DNA of 64,000 bases, taken from positions 12,667 to 76,666 of the forward strand of contig VBEN01000012.1 of the NCBI GenBank assembly GCA_005881175.1, written 5' to 3'. Below, piece after piece: positions 49,521 to 58,788 of the stretch. Numbering within the stretch: the stretch's first letter is position 1; every line of letters starts with the position of its first letter. Source of the stretch: Chloroflexota bacterium (lineage in GTDB: Bacteria; Chloroflexota; Dormibacteria; CF-121). Made by a program: the position numbers and the translations under genes. A model generated the notes under the pieces. That model did not search any database, was not told where the DNA came from, and saw only the letters and a program-made list of their open reading frames with translations.

Positions 49521-49846
49521 AGCTGCTGATCGCGGTCGTTCATAGCGAAGATGCCTCGTCGACGATGGATGCGCTCAACGACCGCGGGATTTCGGTCACG
49601 CGCTTTGTCAGCTCGGGCGGTTTCCTGCAACACAAGAATGTGACCCTGATGTCCGGGATCGACGACGACCGGATCGAAGAAGTCCTTGGCCTGATCAAGG
49701 AAAACTGCCGCACCCGGAGTGAGTTCATGAACCCGATGCCACCGCTGGTGGAGCCTGGTGACTTCTTCGTTCCCTACCCCGTCGAGGTCCAGGTCGGTGG
49801 CGCGACCGTGTTCATCGTCAACGTCGACCGTTTCGAGAAGCTGTAG
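49517..49846 (+). CDS. darA: PII-like cyclic-di-AMP receptor DarA/YaaQ (DUF970)
   Basis: MKLLIAVVHSEDASSTMDALNDRGISVTRFVSSGGFL... matches DUF970; tmk-darA order as in Bacillus; ATGA overlap. Confidence 0.7.
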   Translation: MKLLIAVVHSEDASSTMDALNDRGISVTRFVSSGGFLQHKNVTLMSGIDDDRIEEVLGLIKENCRTRSEFMNPMPPLVEPGDFFVPYPVEVQVGGATVFIVNVDRFEKL

Positions 49847-49878
49847 CTGGTCGCCCGTCCGGCGCTGCCGGCTCGACG

Positions 49879-50586
49879 ATGATCCCCGGCCTGGGCACCG
49901 CCCTCAATACGGGCACGGTGCTCGCCGGCGCCGCGATTGGCCTGAGCCTGGGGCGGGTCATCCCCGCCAGCCTCCAGCGGACGATTCGCGCTGGTCTCGG
50001 CCTCTTCGTGGCGGTCTACGGGATTCAGATGACACTCCGGACTCGTAACCCGCTCATCCTGCTGATCAGCGTGCTCTTGGGCGTCGTGATCGGCGAGCTG
50101 CTCCACCTCGACGACGGGGTGCAGGCGCTTGGACGCTGGGCGGAGCGGCGAACGCGTCGGGATGGCGAGCCTGGACGGGTCAGCCTGGCCTTCGTCACGA
50201 CCAGCCTGCTGTTCTGTGTGGGGCCGCTGACCATTCTGGGCAGCTTTCTGGATGGGACCCGAGGCGATGTCACCGTGCTGGCCGTAAAGGCGGTCCTGGA
50301 CGGCTTCAGCTCGATCGTCTACGCGGTGACTCTCGGCTGGGGCGTGATCCTTTCAGCCGTCAGCGTGCTGGTCGTCCAGGGCAGCCTCACCCTGATCGCC
50401 TTCCTGGTCCATGCCGGCCTGTCAGAGCCGGAAACGGCCGAGCTGACCGCGGCCGGCGGCATCATCGTGCTCGGCATCGCGCTCGGACTGCTCGACCTGA
50501 AGGTGATCAAGGTCGCCAACTTCTTGCCGGCGCTGGTGGTCGCGCCGCTGCTGGCCGGAGCCCTGCAGGCCGTCGGCGCCGTCTGA
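49879..50586 (+). CDS. DUF554-family membrane protein
   Basis: 235-aa polytopic protein with DUF554-like glycine-rich TM pattern. Confidence 0.6.
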   Translation: MIPGLGTALNTGTVLAGAAIGLSLGRVIPASLQRTIRAGLGLFVAVYGIQMTLRTRNPLILLISVLLGVVIGELLHLDDGVQALGRWAERRTRRDGEPGRVSLAFVTTSLLFCVGPLTILGSFLDGTRGDVTVLAVKAVLDGFSSIVYAVTLGWGVILSAVSVLVVQGSLTLIAFLVHAGLSEPETAELTAAGGIIVLGIALGLLDLKVIKVANFLPALVVAPLLAGALQAVGAV

Positions 50587-50608
50587 CCGATAGACTTATT
50601 CGGCTTCA

Positions 50609-51013
50609 ATGGCGAGGTCTCAGGCGGGCGGCGGGCGGAGGGTCGACTGGTTCGCGGCCGGGTTGGGACTGGTCCTGTCGGTGGTGATTCAATTGGTCGG
50701 GGGCACCCTGCTGTTCGGGAATCATCGCGGGCCGCTCGTCTCACAGGGCCTGCTCACCTTCGGTGCCCTCCTGGCCGGAGGATTTCTGGCCGGCTTCGTC
50801 GGACCCCTGGGTGGCGCCGTCTGGAATGGCGTGATCGTGGCGGTTGCCTTTATCGTGGTGGAGGAGTTGGCTGGCGCGATGGGACCAATCGGCCCACTCG
50901 GGTCCGCCGGGCTTGACACCGTTGGCCTGGTTATCGACGACGTCCTCGTTCTGAGCGGCGGCACAATCGGCGGCCTGGCGGCCGGTGGAGCTCGGCGACT
51001 CAGCCTACGGTAA
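50609..51013 (+). CDS. Small glycine-rich membrane protein (hypothetical)
   Basis: 134 aa with 3-4 TM helices; no known domain. Confidence 0.35.
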   Translation: MARSQAGGGRRVDWFAAGLGLVLSVVIQLVGGTLLFGNHRGPLVSQGLLTFGALLAGGFLAGFVGPLGGAVWNGVIVAVAFIVVEELAGAMGPIGPLGSAGLDTVGLVIDDVLVLSGGTIGGLAAGGARRLSLR

Positions 51014-51090
51014 CGAAGCGGCGGCGCTGCCGTTAAAACAGTACGCGACGATAAGCTCGGAACCGGATTACCGAAAAGGAAGTAAGAAGG

Positions 51091-52077
51091 ATGCAGGTGG
51101 AGAACGGCTCGGTCGAAGCGCTTGGTTTAAGAATTGTCCGGAATGTCAGCCGCGTGCTGGTTGGCAAAGAGGCAGAGATCGAGCTCTGCGTGATCGCCCT
51201 CTTGAGCCGGGGCCACCTCTTGATCGAAGACGTGCCCGGCGTGGGCAAGACGATGCTGGCCAAATCGCTGGCACGATCCCTCGGCTGCTCATTCGAGCGG
51301 CTGCAGTTCACTCCTGATCTCCTTCCTTCGGACGTCACTGGGGTCAACATCTACAGTCCCTCGACCCAGCAGCTCGAATTCCGCCAGGCCCCGATCTTCA
51401 CCCAGGTCCTGCTGGCGGACGAGATCAACCGAGCCACGCCAAAGACCCAATCGGCCCTGCTCGAAGCGATGGAGGAGCGGCAGGTCACGGTGGACGGCAC
51501 GACGTACGCCCTTTCCCTTCCTTTCCTGGTGCTGGCGACACAGAACCCGGTGGAATTCGCCGGGACGTTCCCGCTGCCGGAGGCGCAGGTGGATCGATTC
51601 CTGATGCGGCTCAACGTCGGGTACCTCGACATCGCCCACGAGGTGCAGGTGCTCGACCGCTTCCAGCGGGACTCGCCGATGGAGCAGCTGGAGGCGGTTG
51701 TCCCAGCCAACGAGGTGCTGGCGGCTCAGAAAATGGTCCAGGAAATCTACGTCGATGACCAGCTCAAGGAATATATCGCCCGGGTCACCCATCGGACTCG
51801 ATCGCATGCGGACATTGGCCTGGGCGCCAGCTCTCGCGGATCCCTGGGCTTATTCCGAACCGCGCAGGCCCGAGCCGCCCTCGAGGGACGGGACTTCGTT
51901 ACCCCGGACGATGTGAAGGCGCTGGCTCACCCTGTCCTGGCGCATCGCCTGATTCTCAAGGCCAATGCCGAGCTGCGCGGGCTGACGCCGGTCAAGGTGC
52001 TGAACCAGATCCTGGAGTCGGAGCCGGTGCCGCCACCGAACGTCGTTTCTCGATACGGGCGGCGGGTGGCAAGCTAG
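51091..52077 (+). CDS. MoxR-family AAA+ ATPase
   Basis: LLIEDVPGVGKTMLAKSLARSLG Walker A, Walker B VLLADEINRA, sensor motifs. Confidence 0.85.
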   Translation: MQVENGSVEALGLRIVRNVSRVLVGKEAEIELCVIALLSRGHLLIEDVPGVGKTMLAKSLARSLGCSFERLQFTPDLLPSDVTGVNIYSPSTQQLEFRQAPIFTQVLLADEINRATPKTQSALLEAMEERQVTVDGTTYALSLPFLVLATQNPVEFAGTFPLPEAQVDRFLMRLNVGYLDIAHEVQVLDRFQRDSPMEQLEAVVPANEVLAAQKMVQEIYVDDQLKEYIARVTHRTRSHADIGLGASSRGSLGLFRTAQARAALEGRDFVTPDDVKALAHPVLAHRLILKANAELRGLTPVKVLNQILESEPVPPPNVVSRYGRRVAS

Positions 52078-52089
52078 GCAAGCATTCCG

Positions 52090-53283
52090 ATGCGGCTGCC
52101 TCGTCTCCCCCTTGTCACCGCGCTTACGCTTCTCTTCTTCTTTGCCTACGTCACTGGCGTGCGGCTGGCGTACAGCCTTCTGTACGCGCTCATCCTGCTG
52201 TTCGTCGTCAGCTACCTATGGAGCCGGCTGGCGGCTGACAACCTGGTCGTCGAGCGGGCCAGCCCGGAAGGGCAGTTCCAGGTGGGGGATGCCTTCGAGG
52301 AGTCCTTCGTCATCCAGAACCGCTCCTGGATCCCGGTGCCACTGATCGAGATGACAGATTTCTCCAACTTGCCCGGCTACAATCCGGGACGCGTTTTCAG
52401 CTTGAAGGGACGCCGGGCGCGCCGCTGGACCTCGCGTGGCCGGTTCAAGCAACGGGGCCTGTTCACCTTCGGGCCGGTTGAGCTGCGGTACGGCGACCCA
52501 TTCGGCCTGTTCACCCGCACGCTGCGGATCGCGGGCAGTCAATCCGTGGTCGTCTATCCCGTGGTCCGGCCGGTGGGCGGGTTGGATGCGCTGGCGCCGA
52601 GCACCGCCGGGGACGAGCAGCTGCGCGGCCGCGTGCTCGACATTCCGCCCAACGCCACCACGATTCGAGAATATGTTCCAACCGACAGCGTCAAGCGCAT
52701 CCACTGGGCATCGTCGGCCCGGCTTGGCCGGCTGATGAGCCGCAGTTTCGAAACGCGCGAGGGTGGCGACGCCTGGATCGTGCTCGATCTGCAGGCGTCG
52801 GTTCATGCCGGGGAAGCGCCGGAATCGACGCTCGAGTATGCGATGAGCCTGGCTGCCTCGATTACGGACGCCGCGCTACGTCGCGGAAGCGCCATCGGCC
52901 TGGTTGGCAACGACAGCCACCTCAGCGTGATCGAGGCCGCCCGTGGTGATCAGCAGCGCAAGAAGCTGTTCGAGCACTTCACGTTGGCGCAGGCCGACGG
53001 CACGGTGTCACTGGCCAGCCTGCTCACCTCGCAACGGCAGCAATGGCGGCATCGCGGCGGGCTGGTCGTCATCACCCCATCCGCCGACGAGCACTGGCTC
53101 GAGGCCTTGCTCGATCTGGGGGTTCGAGGTCATCGCAGCCTCGTTGTCTACCTCGATCCACGCGGTTTTGGTGGGAGCCAGCCGACCCTGGCATCGGCCG
53201 GACGCTGGCGGCAGGCGCTGAACTGGTGGATCGTTGGCGGGCCGGACGACCTGGAGCCGGAGCGACGAGTTGCCGCAGGTTAA
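52090..53283 (+). CDS. DUF58 protein (vWA-like partner of MoxR)
   Basis: Two N-terminal TM helices and DUF58 core; conserved MoxR-DUF58 adjacency. Confidence 0.75.
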   Translation: MRLPRLPLVTALTLLFFFAYVTGVRLAYSLLYALILLFVVSYLWSRLAADNLVVERASPEGQFQVGDAFEESFVIQNRSWIPVPLIEMTDFSNLPGYNPGRVFSLKGRRARRWTSRGRFKQRGLFTFGPVELRYGDPFGLFTRTLRIAGSQSVVVYPVVRPVGGLDALAPSTAGDEQLRGRVLDIPPNATTIREYVPTDSVKRIHWASSARLGRLMSRSFETREGGDAWIVLDLQASVHAGEAPESTLEYAMSLAASITDAALRRGSAIGLVGNDSHLSVIEAARGDQQRKKLFEHFTLAQADGTVSLASLLTSQRQQWRHRGGLVVITPSADEHWLEALLDLGVRGHRSLVVYLDPRGFGGSQPTLASAGRWRQALNWWIVGGPDDLEPERRVAAG

Positions 53284-55807
53284 TCCGGCGACGGTCTTCC
53301 TGCTGCTGCTTGCGGTCCTCGGAGGCGCCTGGGCCGCGGGGTTACTTCGTCCGCACTATGAGGGGGGCCGCCTGACGATACGGCTCTTCCGAGCCAATCG
53401 AGTCCTGCTCACGGTTGATTTCCGGGATACCTGGCTGCTGCTGGGATTCGTGCTGCTCATGGGCTGGGCGGTGGCGATCGCCGTGGAGCGTTCGGCCTGG
53501 GTGCCCGACACGGAAGGGCGGCTGGTACCGGCTCTGGCGATCGCAACCGGGCTGGGATGGATCTTTGCGATTGCCCGGGCATCGCGCCTGGCGTATGCCG
53601 CCATGTCGGGTCTGGCGGTGTTTGGCAGCCTGGCGCTCCTGACGCCATCGCCGCTTACCTCGGGCGGAGCGCTGCCGGCGATCAGAACGTGGCTCCTGGC
53701 GCTTCCGAATCGGACCAATACGCTCCTGCTGATGAGCCTGCTGCTGATGTTCGTGGCCACCGGGCTGTGGACCAGTTGGTGGGTGTTCTTGCGGCGCAAT
53801 GGGCTGGTGGCGCTGCTGCCCTCAGGCACCATCCTCGCGGTGGAGATCATCAACGACACCAGCCCCGGCCTTACGCTCTTTACGCTCATCTGGCTCACCG
53901 CCGCCGCCGCCGTCTTGCTGCGGCTGAACTTCGTCGCCCTCAAGGAGGGATGGCGGACACGCCGTCTTCCACGCGCGGCCGATACCGGCTGGACCTTCGG
54001 AGAAGTCGGCATCGAGGCGACCGCAGCCATCCTCGTCATCGCCTTTCTGCTGCTTCCGCCCTTGAGCAGCAGCGACATCAGCGCCGCCCTGATCCCTGGC
54101 ACGATGAACCCCGACGCGATCCACCCGTTCGGGATCGGGAGCAACAATTCCAAACCCGGATCGGTCGGCTCCATCGGCTATAGCGAGGTGGTCCGACCGG
54201 GCTCGCAGCTCAAGGCGAAATCGCAAACCGTGATGGTGGTCACCGGTGACACGCCGGTCTTCTATCCGTACTGGCGTGGCATTGCGCTGGCGGGCTGGGA
54301 CGGCATCACCTGGTACGAGCTGCCCAGCAGGGCCGGCGGCGTCCCGGTGCGACAGCAGCCGCTGGTGGTGGCACGCGCAAGCGTCCCACGCGATGATTTG
54401 CCGGCCGATTCGCAGCGCATCCAGCTGCTTCACAATTCGTTTCACGTCGTGGTGCCGCCCGAGCAAACCCTGGGAACCGTGTTCAGCGCCGGTGAGATCC
54501 TCTCCGTCGACAACCAGCCAACAACCGTCCGCGGCATCATGACGTCGGTTCCGGCGCCACCGGGGTCGAACGTGTCGTTGGTGAATGTCGCCGGAGACAG
54601 CGACTCCACGGCCACCTTCGACACCGTCGATCGCATTCGCTTCGCGAGGCGGCTGCAGCCCCCCTACAACTACTCGGTCACTGAAGCGATTCCCAACGTT
54701 GATATCCAGGATCTGCAGAGCGCGGGCACGGATTATCCAGCGTGGCTGGCACCCTACACCACGCTCTACGAGGATGGCAGGGTCGCCCAGGGATACTCGA
54801 CGGCCCGTGATGCCGAAGTCGCGACGCTCGCCCAGTCGATCGTCCGGTCAGCCGGTGCCACCACCCCGTATGACCAGGCCAAGGCGATCGAATCCTGGTT
54901 CCTGGCCAAGGGCCGTTTTACCTATACGCTGAAGCCGCCCCTCGCCAGGTCCGGCGAGCGGCCGCTGGACTTCTTCCTCTTCACCTCGAAGAAGGGGTTC
55001 TGCCAGGACTTTTCCACCGCCATGAACGTCATGCTGCGGACGCTGCGGATCCCGAGCCGGCAGATGAGCGGGTTTGGCGCGGGTGTCTTCGACGAGAAGA
55101 CGCATCAGTACACGGTGAACTCCCTGGACGCGCATAGCTGGGTGGAAGTCTTCTTCCCCGGGTATGGATGGATCCCCTTCGAACCGACGCCAGACGGCAT
55201 CAACACACCGGTAAACCGGCCGGCCACCAAGGAAGCCCTCAATGCCCCACAGTCGGCCAACGTACAGCCCAGCGCCCGGATTCCGCCCGGCTTGCGAGAG
55301 CCTCCCGGTGCGTCGACGGGATTCGGCTCGAGCGCTCCCTTCGCCGATATATGGCGCCCGATATTGACGGTGGGCGCGGGCCTGTTGCTCCTGGCGCTTA
55401 TCGCCGTTCTCCTCGCGCTGCGCTGGCTGATGGCGGTTCGCGACGTGCCGCGCATCTGGCGCCGGCTGCTCTTCCTGGGAGACCGGCTGAAGGTCCCGCG
55501 GCACCTGGGCGATACGCCGCAAGAATTCGGTGGACGGCTGGCGGCCTCGATGCCGGCACTTGATACCGAGGTGCGGCGGCTGGCGACGCTCTACACGCGC
55601 GCCAGCTTCCGTCGTGGAGGGCTTAGTCCGGATGAGCTCGCTGAAGCCCGAAAGGCCTGGAGCCAGATCCGCGGCAGCTACGCCGGGCTGGTGGCGCGAG
55701 CCTGGCGGGATGCCCTTCGCCAGGGCCGCGTCGTCAGTGCCGACGACGTCGTCAATGCAGAGGTAGTTGCAGGGTCAGAAAGTCACGGGCCATCACGGCC
55801 CCGTTGA
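53234..55807 (+). CDS. Transglutaminase-like domain membrane protein (TgpA-like)
   Basis: Multi-TM N-terminal region, then TGc core GFCQDFSTAMNVMLRTLRIPSR...HSWVEVFFPGYGWIPFEPT (Cys-His-Asp), C-terminal TM. Confidence 0.8.
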   Translation: MAGRTTWSRSDELPQVNPATVFLLLLAVLGGAWAAGLLRPHYEGGRLTIRLFRANRVLLTVDFRDTWLLLGFVLLMGWAVAIAVERSAWVPDTEGRLVPALAIATGLGWIFAIARASRLAYAAMSGLAVFGSLALLTPSPLTSGGALPAIRTWLLALPNRTNTLLLMSLLLMFVATGLWTSWWVFLRRNGLVALLPSGTILAVEIINDTSPGLTLFTLIWLTAAAAVLLRLNFVALKEGWRTRRLPRAADTGWTFGEVGIEATAAILVIAFLLLPPLSSSDISAALIPGTMNPDAIHPFGIGSNNSKPGSVGSIGYSEVVRPGSQLKAKSQTVMVVTGDTPVFYPYWRGIALAGWDGITWYELPSRAGGVPVRQQPLVVARASVPRDDLPADSQRIQLLHNSFHVVVPPEQTLGTVFSAGEILSVDNQPTTVRGIMTSVPAPPGSNVSLVNVAGDSDSTATFDTVDRIRFARRLQPPYNYSVTEAIPNVDIQDLQSAGTDYPAWLAPYTTLYEDGRVAQGYSTARDAEVATLAQSIVRSAGATTPYDQAKAIESWFLAKGRFTYTLKPPLARSGERPLDFFLFTSKKGFCQDFSTAMNVMLRTLRIPSRQMSGFGAGVFDEKTHQYTVNSLDAHSWVEVFFPGYGWIPFEPTPDGINTPVNRPATKEALNAPQSANVQPSARIPPGLREPPGASTGFGSSAPFADIWRPILTVGAGLLLLALIAVLLALRWLMAVRDVPRIWRRLLFLGDRLKVPRHLGDTPQEFGGRLAASMPALDTEVRRLATLYTRASFRRGGLSPDELAEARKAWSQIRGSYAGLVARAWRDALRQGRVVSADDVVNAEVVAGSESHGPSRPR

Positions 55808-56477
55808 CCGAGCTCTCGCCGCCCCGGTGCGTGAGGATGAAGCGCACCGACGGGTGACGCGTCATCAGCTCATCGATGTCTTTGCGGGCGAGGTGCAGCT
55901 CGCCGCCCGGGGCGTCATAGGTCATTTCGCTGATCACGTGATCTGACGCCTCGATCAGCGCGTCGAGCTGGGGCGACATCTCGGCGTCACCCGTGTACCC
56001 GAGGCGGACGCCGTCCCGCTCGATCACAAAGCCGAGGCAGTCCAGCCGGCTCGCGTGCTGCATCTTGAACGCCTGCCCCCGGCTGCCGTCAAGCTGGAAC
56101 GAATCGCCGTCAGCAAGCTCCTGAACGCGCAGCTGCAACCGCTGCCAGCTCATCCGACGCATCTCCTCGCCCCAGGCAAGGTCGAGTAACCGTTCGAGGT
56201 ACGCGGTTGTTCCTCGAGGTCCATAGATACTGAGTGACGGCGGTCGGTCATTCAGCATGACGCGGCCCAGGATCAACCAGGCAAGGCCAAATGTGTGGTC
56301 GGCGTGGAAGTGACTGAGCACGACCGCCCGCGGCTCGTCGAGTGAAACGCCGACACGCGGCAAATGAACAGTCAGCGGCGCGCCGGCATCCATCAGGATC
56401 TTGCGATCGACCAGGATCGACGAGTTATAGGCGTGCGGCGCAAACGCCGCGCCAGTACCCAGAAACGTGACCTCCAC
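55752..56477 (-). CDS. MBL-fold metallo-hydrolase
   Basis: HFHADHTFG metal-binding motif; 241 aa. Confidence 0.75.
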   Translation of the reverse strand: MEVTFLGTGAAFAPHAYNSSILVDRKILMDAGAPLTVHLPRVGVSLDEPRAVVLSHFHADHTFGLAWLILGRVMLNDRPPSLSIYGPRGTTAYLERLLDLAWGEEMRRMSWQRLQLRVQELADGDSFQLDGSRGQAFKMQHASRLDCLGFVIERDGVRLGYTGDAEMSPQLDALIEASDHVISEMTYDAPGGELHLARKDIDELMTRHPSVRFILTHRGGESSVNGAVMARDFLTLQLPLH

Positions 56478-56507
56478 CGGGATGACGGTAGCAGACTGGG
56501 TGACGCG

Positions 56508-56999
56508 TCAATTCAGGTCGACCAGGCCATCGAAGAACTGCGGCCAGTCGTCCTGCCCACCGCCCCAGGTGGCAGAAAGCTGGGCCGGACGCTGGTCGTT
56601 GACGATCAGGATCGTCCAGGTCGCCGGCGGTCCCCCCATGTATTCGCCAGGGATCGCGTAATCGCCTGAAACCGCAATCACCCAGATGAAGTGATCAGGG
56701 CTCGTGTCGTGACCAATGTTCTCTCCCGACCGCGAAGCCGCGCGCTCCAGGTCCGACTCGCGAACCAGTTTGGCGGCGTGATGAGCCGTCTGTTGGGCCT
56801 GCTTGCCGAGGGCCGCATCGATCGCCTCCTGCCTTAAGAGCTGCGGGTGATGCCCGAGTAAGCCGACAAGCAGGAGGACGACCAGAGTCGTGATGGCAAC
56901 CGGAACCCACGGTCGGAGCCGATCAGAGCGGAGCGCGCTCGGCACATCAACGCAACGAGAATCATCGGGGTCTCCTAGCAGGCGTCGAGTACAGTGCAA
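56508..56999 (-). CDS. Hypothetical membrane-anchored protein
   Basis: Single TM helix (VAITTLVVLLLVGLLG) followed by a soluble domain; start uncertain. Confidence 0.35.
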   Translation of the reverse strand: MHCTRRLLGDPDDSRCVDVPSALRSDRLRPWVPVAITTLVVLLLVGLLGHHPQLLRQEAIDAALGKQAQQTAHHAAKLVRESDLERAASRSGENIGHDTSPDHFIWVIAVSGDYAIPGEYMGGPPATWTILIVNDQRPAQLSATWGGGQDDWPQFFDGLVDLN

Positions 57000-57001
57000 T
57001 C

Positions 57002-58051
57002 GTGAGTACGGTTGAGAAAGTGCGGCTCACGCAGTGGTCGCACGGCGCGGGTTGAGCCTGCAAGATCGGTCCTGAGGACCTGGCTCAGGTCTTGAGCCAC
57101 TTGCCCAAAACGCTCGCGAACCCGGATGTGCTGGTGGGGCTGGAGACGGGCGATGACGCCGCCGTCTACCGGCTGCGGCCCGACCTCGCGCTAGTGGTCA
57201 CGACGGACTTCTTCACCCCGGTGGTGGATGATGCGTATACCTTCGGGGCGATCGCCGCCGCCAACGCGCTGAGCGACATCTACGCGATGGGGGCGCAGCC
57301 TTTGATGGCCGTCAATCTCGTCGCGTTCCCCATCAAAGAGCTGCCCGGGTCTGTGCTGGCCGACATCCTTCGCGGCGGCCTCGACAAAGTTCGCGAGGCT
57401 GGGATCGACATCCTCGGTGGTCACAGCATCGATGATCACGAGCCGAAGTACGGGCTCGCGGTCACCGGCACGGTCCACCCCGATCGGGTGGTCCGCAACC
57501 GCGGCGGCCAGCCAGGCGACCGGCTCGTGCTCACGAAAGCGCTCGGCACCGGCATCATCACCACCGCCATCAAGCATCAGGTGGCGCCGGCGGCCTCAGC
57601 CGACGCGGCCATCCAGGGCATGCTGGCACTGAATCGCGAGGCGGCGCAAGCCATGGCCACGGTCTCGGTGCACGCGGCCACCGACGTGACCGGTTTCGGG
57701 TTGCTTGGACACCTCCACTATCTGGCGCGGGCCTCGGGGCTGGCGGCCCGCGTCGATGCCGCCACCGTACCGCTGCTTTTGGGGGCCGAGGCGCTGGCCG
57801 ATGCTGGTGAAGTACCCGGTGGCACACGCGCGAACGAACGGTTCATGGTGTCGAGGGTGCGCTGGCCGGCCGCACTGTCTGCTGCCCGGCGGACGCTGCT
57901 CTGCGACGCGCAGACCTCGGGTGGGCTGCTGATCGCCCTACCGGCCGAGCAGGTTGATCCACTGCTCGAAGCCCTTGGTCGTCGGGGCGCGGCCGGCTGG
58001 ACGGTCGGCGAACTCAGCACCGGCGAAGCCGGCGTCATCACCGTCGTCTGA
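57002..58051 (+). CDS. selD: Selenide, water dikinase (selenophosphate synthetase), a selenoprotein with an in-frame UGA (Sec) codon at 57053-57055
   Basis: Upstream of the track ORF (TTG 57092) the same frame reads VSTVEKVRLTQWSHGAG-[TGA]-ACKIGPEDLAQVL, aligning to E. coli [20 protein letters not shown] with TGA at the Cys17 position; rest of the protein is SelD (AIR-synthase-related); GTG 57002 start (alternative 57020). Confidence 0.8.
57061..57093 (+). ncRNA. Candidate bacterial SECIS element within selD mRNA
   Basis: CAAGA-UC-GGUCC-UGA-GGACC-UGGCUCAGG-UCUUG: inner perfect 5-bp stem with UGA loop starting 12 nt after the UGA codon, closed by an outer CAAGA/UCUUG stem. Confidence 0.5.
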
Positions 58052-58221
58052 GCCACCGGCCAGTAACAATCCGCGCCCGATCGTTACCAGAACGTGTCAG
58101 TCAAGTTTGGCCTCGACATATGGCCTGCCCCTGCTCCCACGTATTAGAAGGTGACCATGCGTGAGCGTGATCGTAACGTCTACCTGTCTGTCCATTTCGG
58201 CAGCGCTGATAATGTCACCCA

Positions 58222-58788
58222 GTGCACGCACTGGGCAAGGCGGCGTCCGATGACGATCGCCCACTCATCGAGCGGGTACGTCGGGGAGACCAGGATGCGG
58301 CCCGCACCCTGTATGAGCGTTACTTCGATCGCATCTACAACTATGTTTATGCCCGGCTGGGACGAGCCGAAGATGCGGAGGACCTGGCCATCGACACGAT
58401 GACCCGGAGCCTGACCCGCCTCGATCTGTTCCAGGACCAGGGCGTCGCCTTCTCCTCCTGGGTCTATCGAATTGCGCACAACGCGACCATTGATCATTAC
58501 CGCCGGAATGGCAAGGTCACCCTCGTCCCCCTGGACAACGCCGTCCTGCCTCAAACGGCGGACCCCGCGGAGCTGGCGCTGGAGCAACTCTCGAACGAGG
58601 ATCTGCGCGTGGCCCTGCGCGAGCTGACCGAGGAGCAGCAGCAGGTCCTGATCCTGCGCTTCTTCCAGGATCTGACCGCGGCCCAGGTGGCCGACATCAT
58701 GGGCAAGTCGGTCGGCGCCGTGCAGGCGCTTCAGCATCGAGCGCTCGGTTCACTCGAGCGCGTGCTGCAAGGACGGGTAGCCAATTGA
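58222..58788 (+). CDS. ECF-type sigma-70 factor
   Basis: Region 2 (LIERVRRGDQDAARTLYERYFDRIYNYVYARL...), region 4 (LTEEQQQVLILRFFQDLTAAQVADIMGKSVGAVQALQHRAL). Confidence 0.8.
   Translation: MHALGKAASDDDRPLIERVRRGDQDAARTLYERYFDRIYNYVYARLGRAEDAEDLAIDTMTRSLTRLDLFQDQGVAFSSWVYRIAHNATIDHYRRNGKVTLVPLDNAVLPQTADPAELALEQLSNEDLRVALRELTEEQQQVLILRFFQDLTAAQVADIMGKSVGAVQALQHRALGSLERVLQGRVAN

Noticed and set aside
58051-58222. Possible ECF-type promoter (GAAC...CGT) upstream of the ECF sigma gene at 58222
   Set aside because: Several partial matches but no convincing -35/-10 pair at correct spacing; not reported as a feature.
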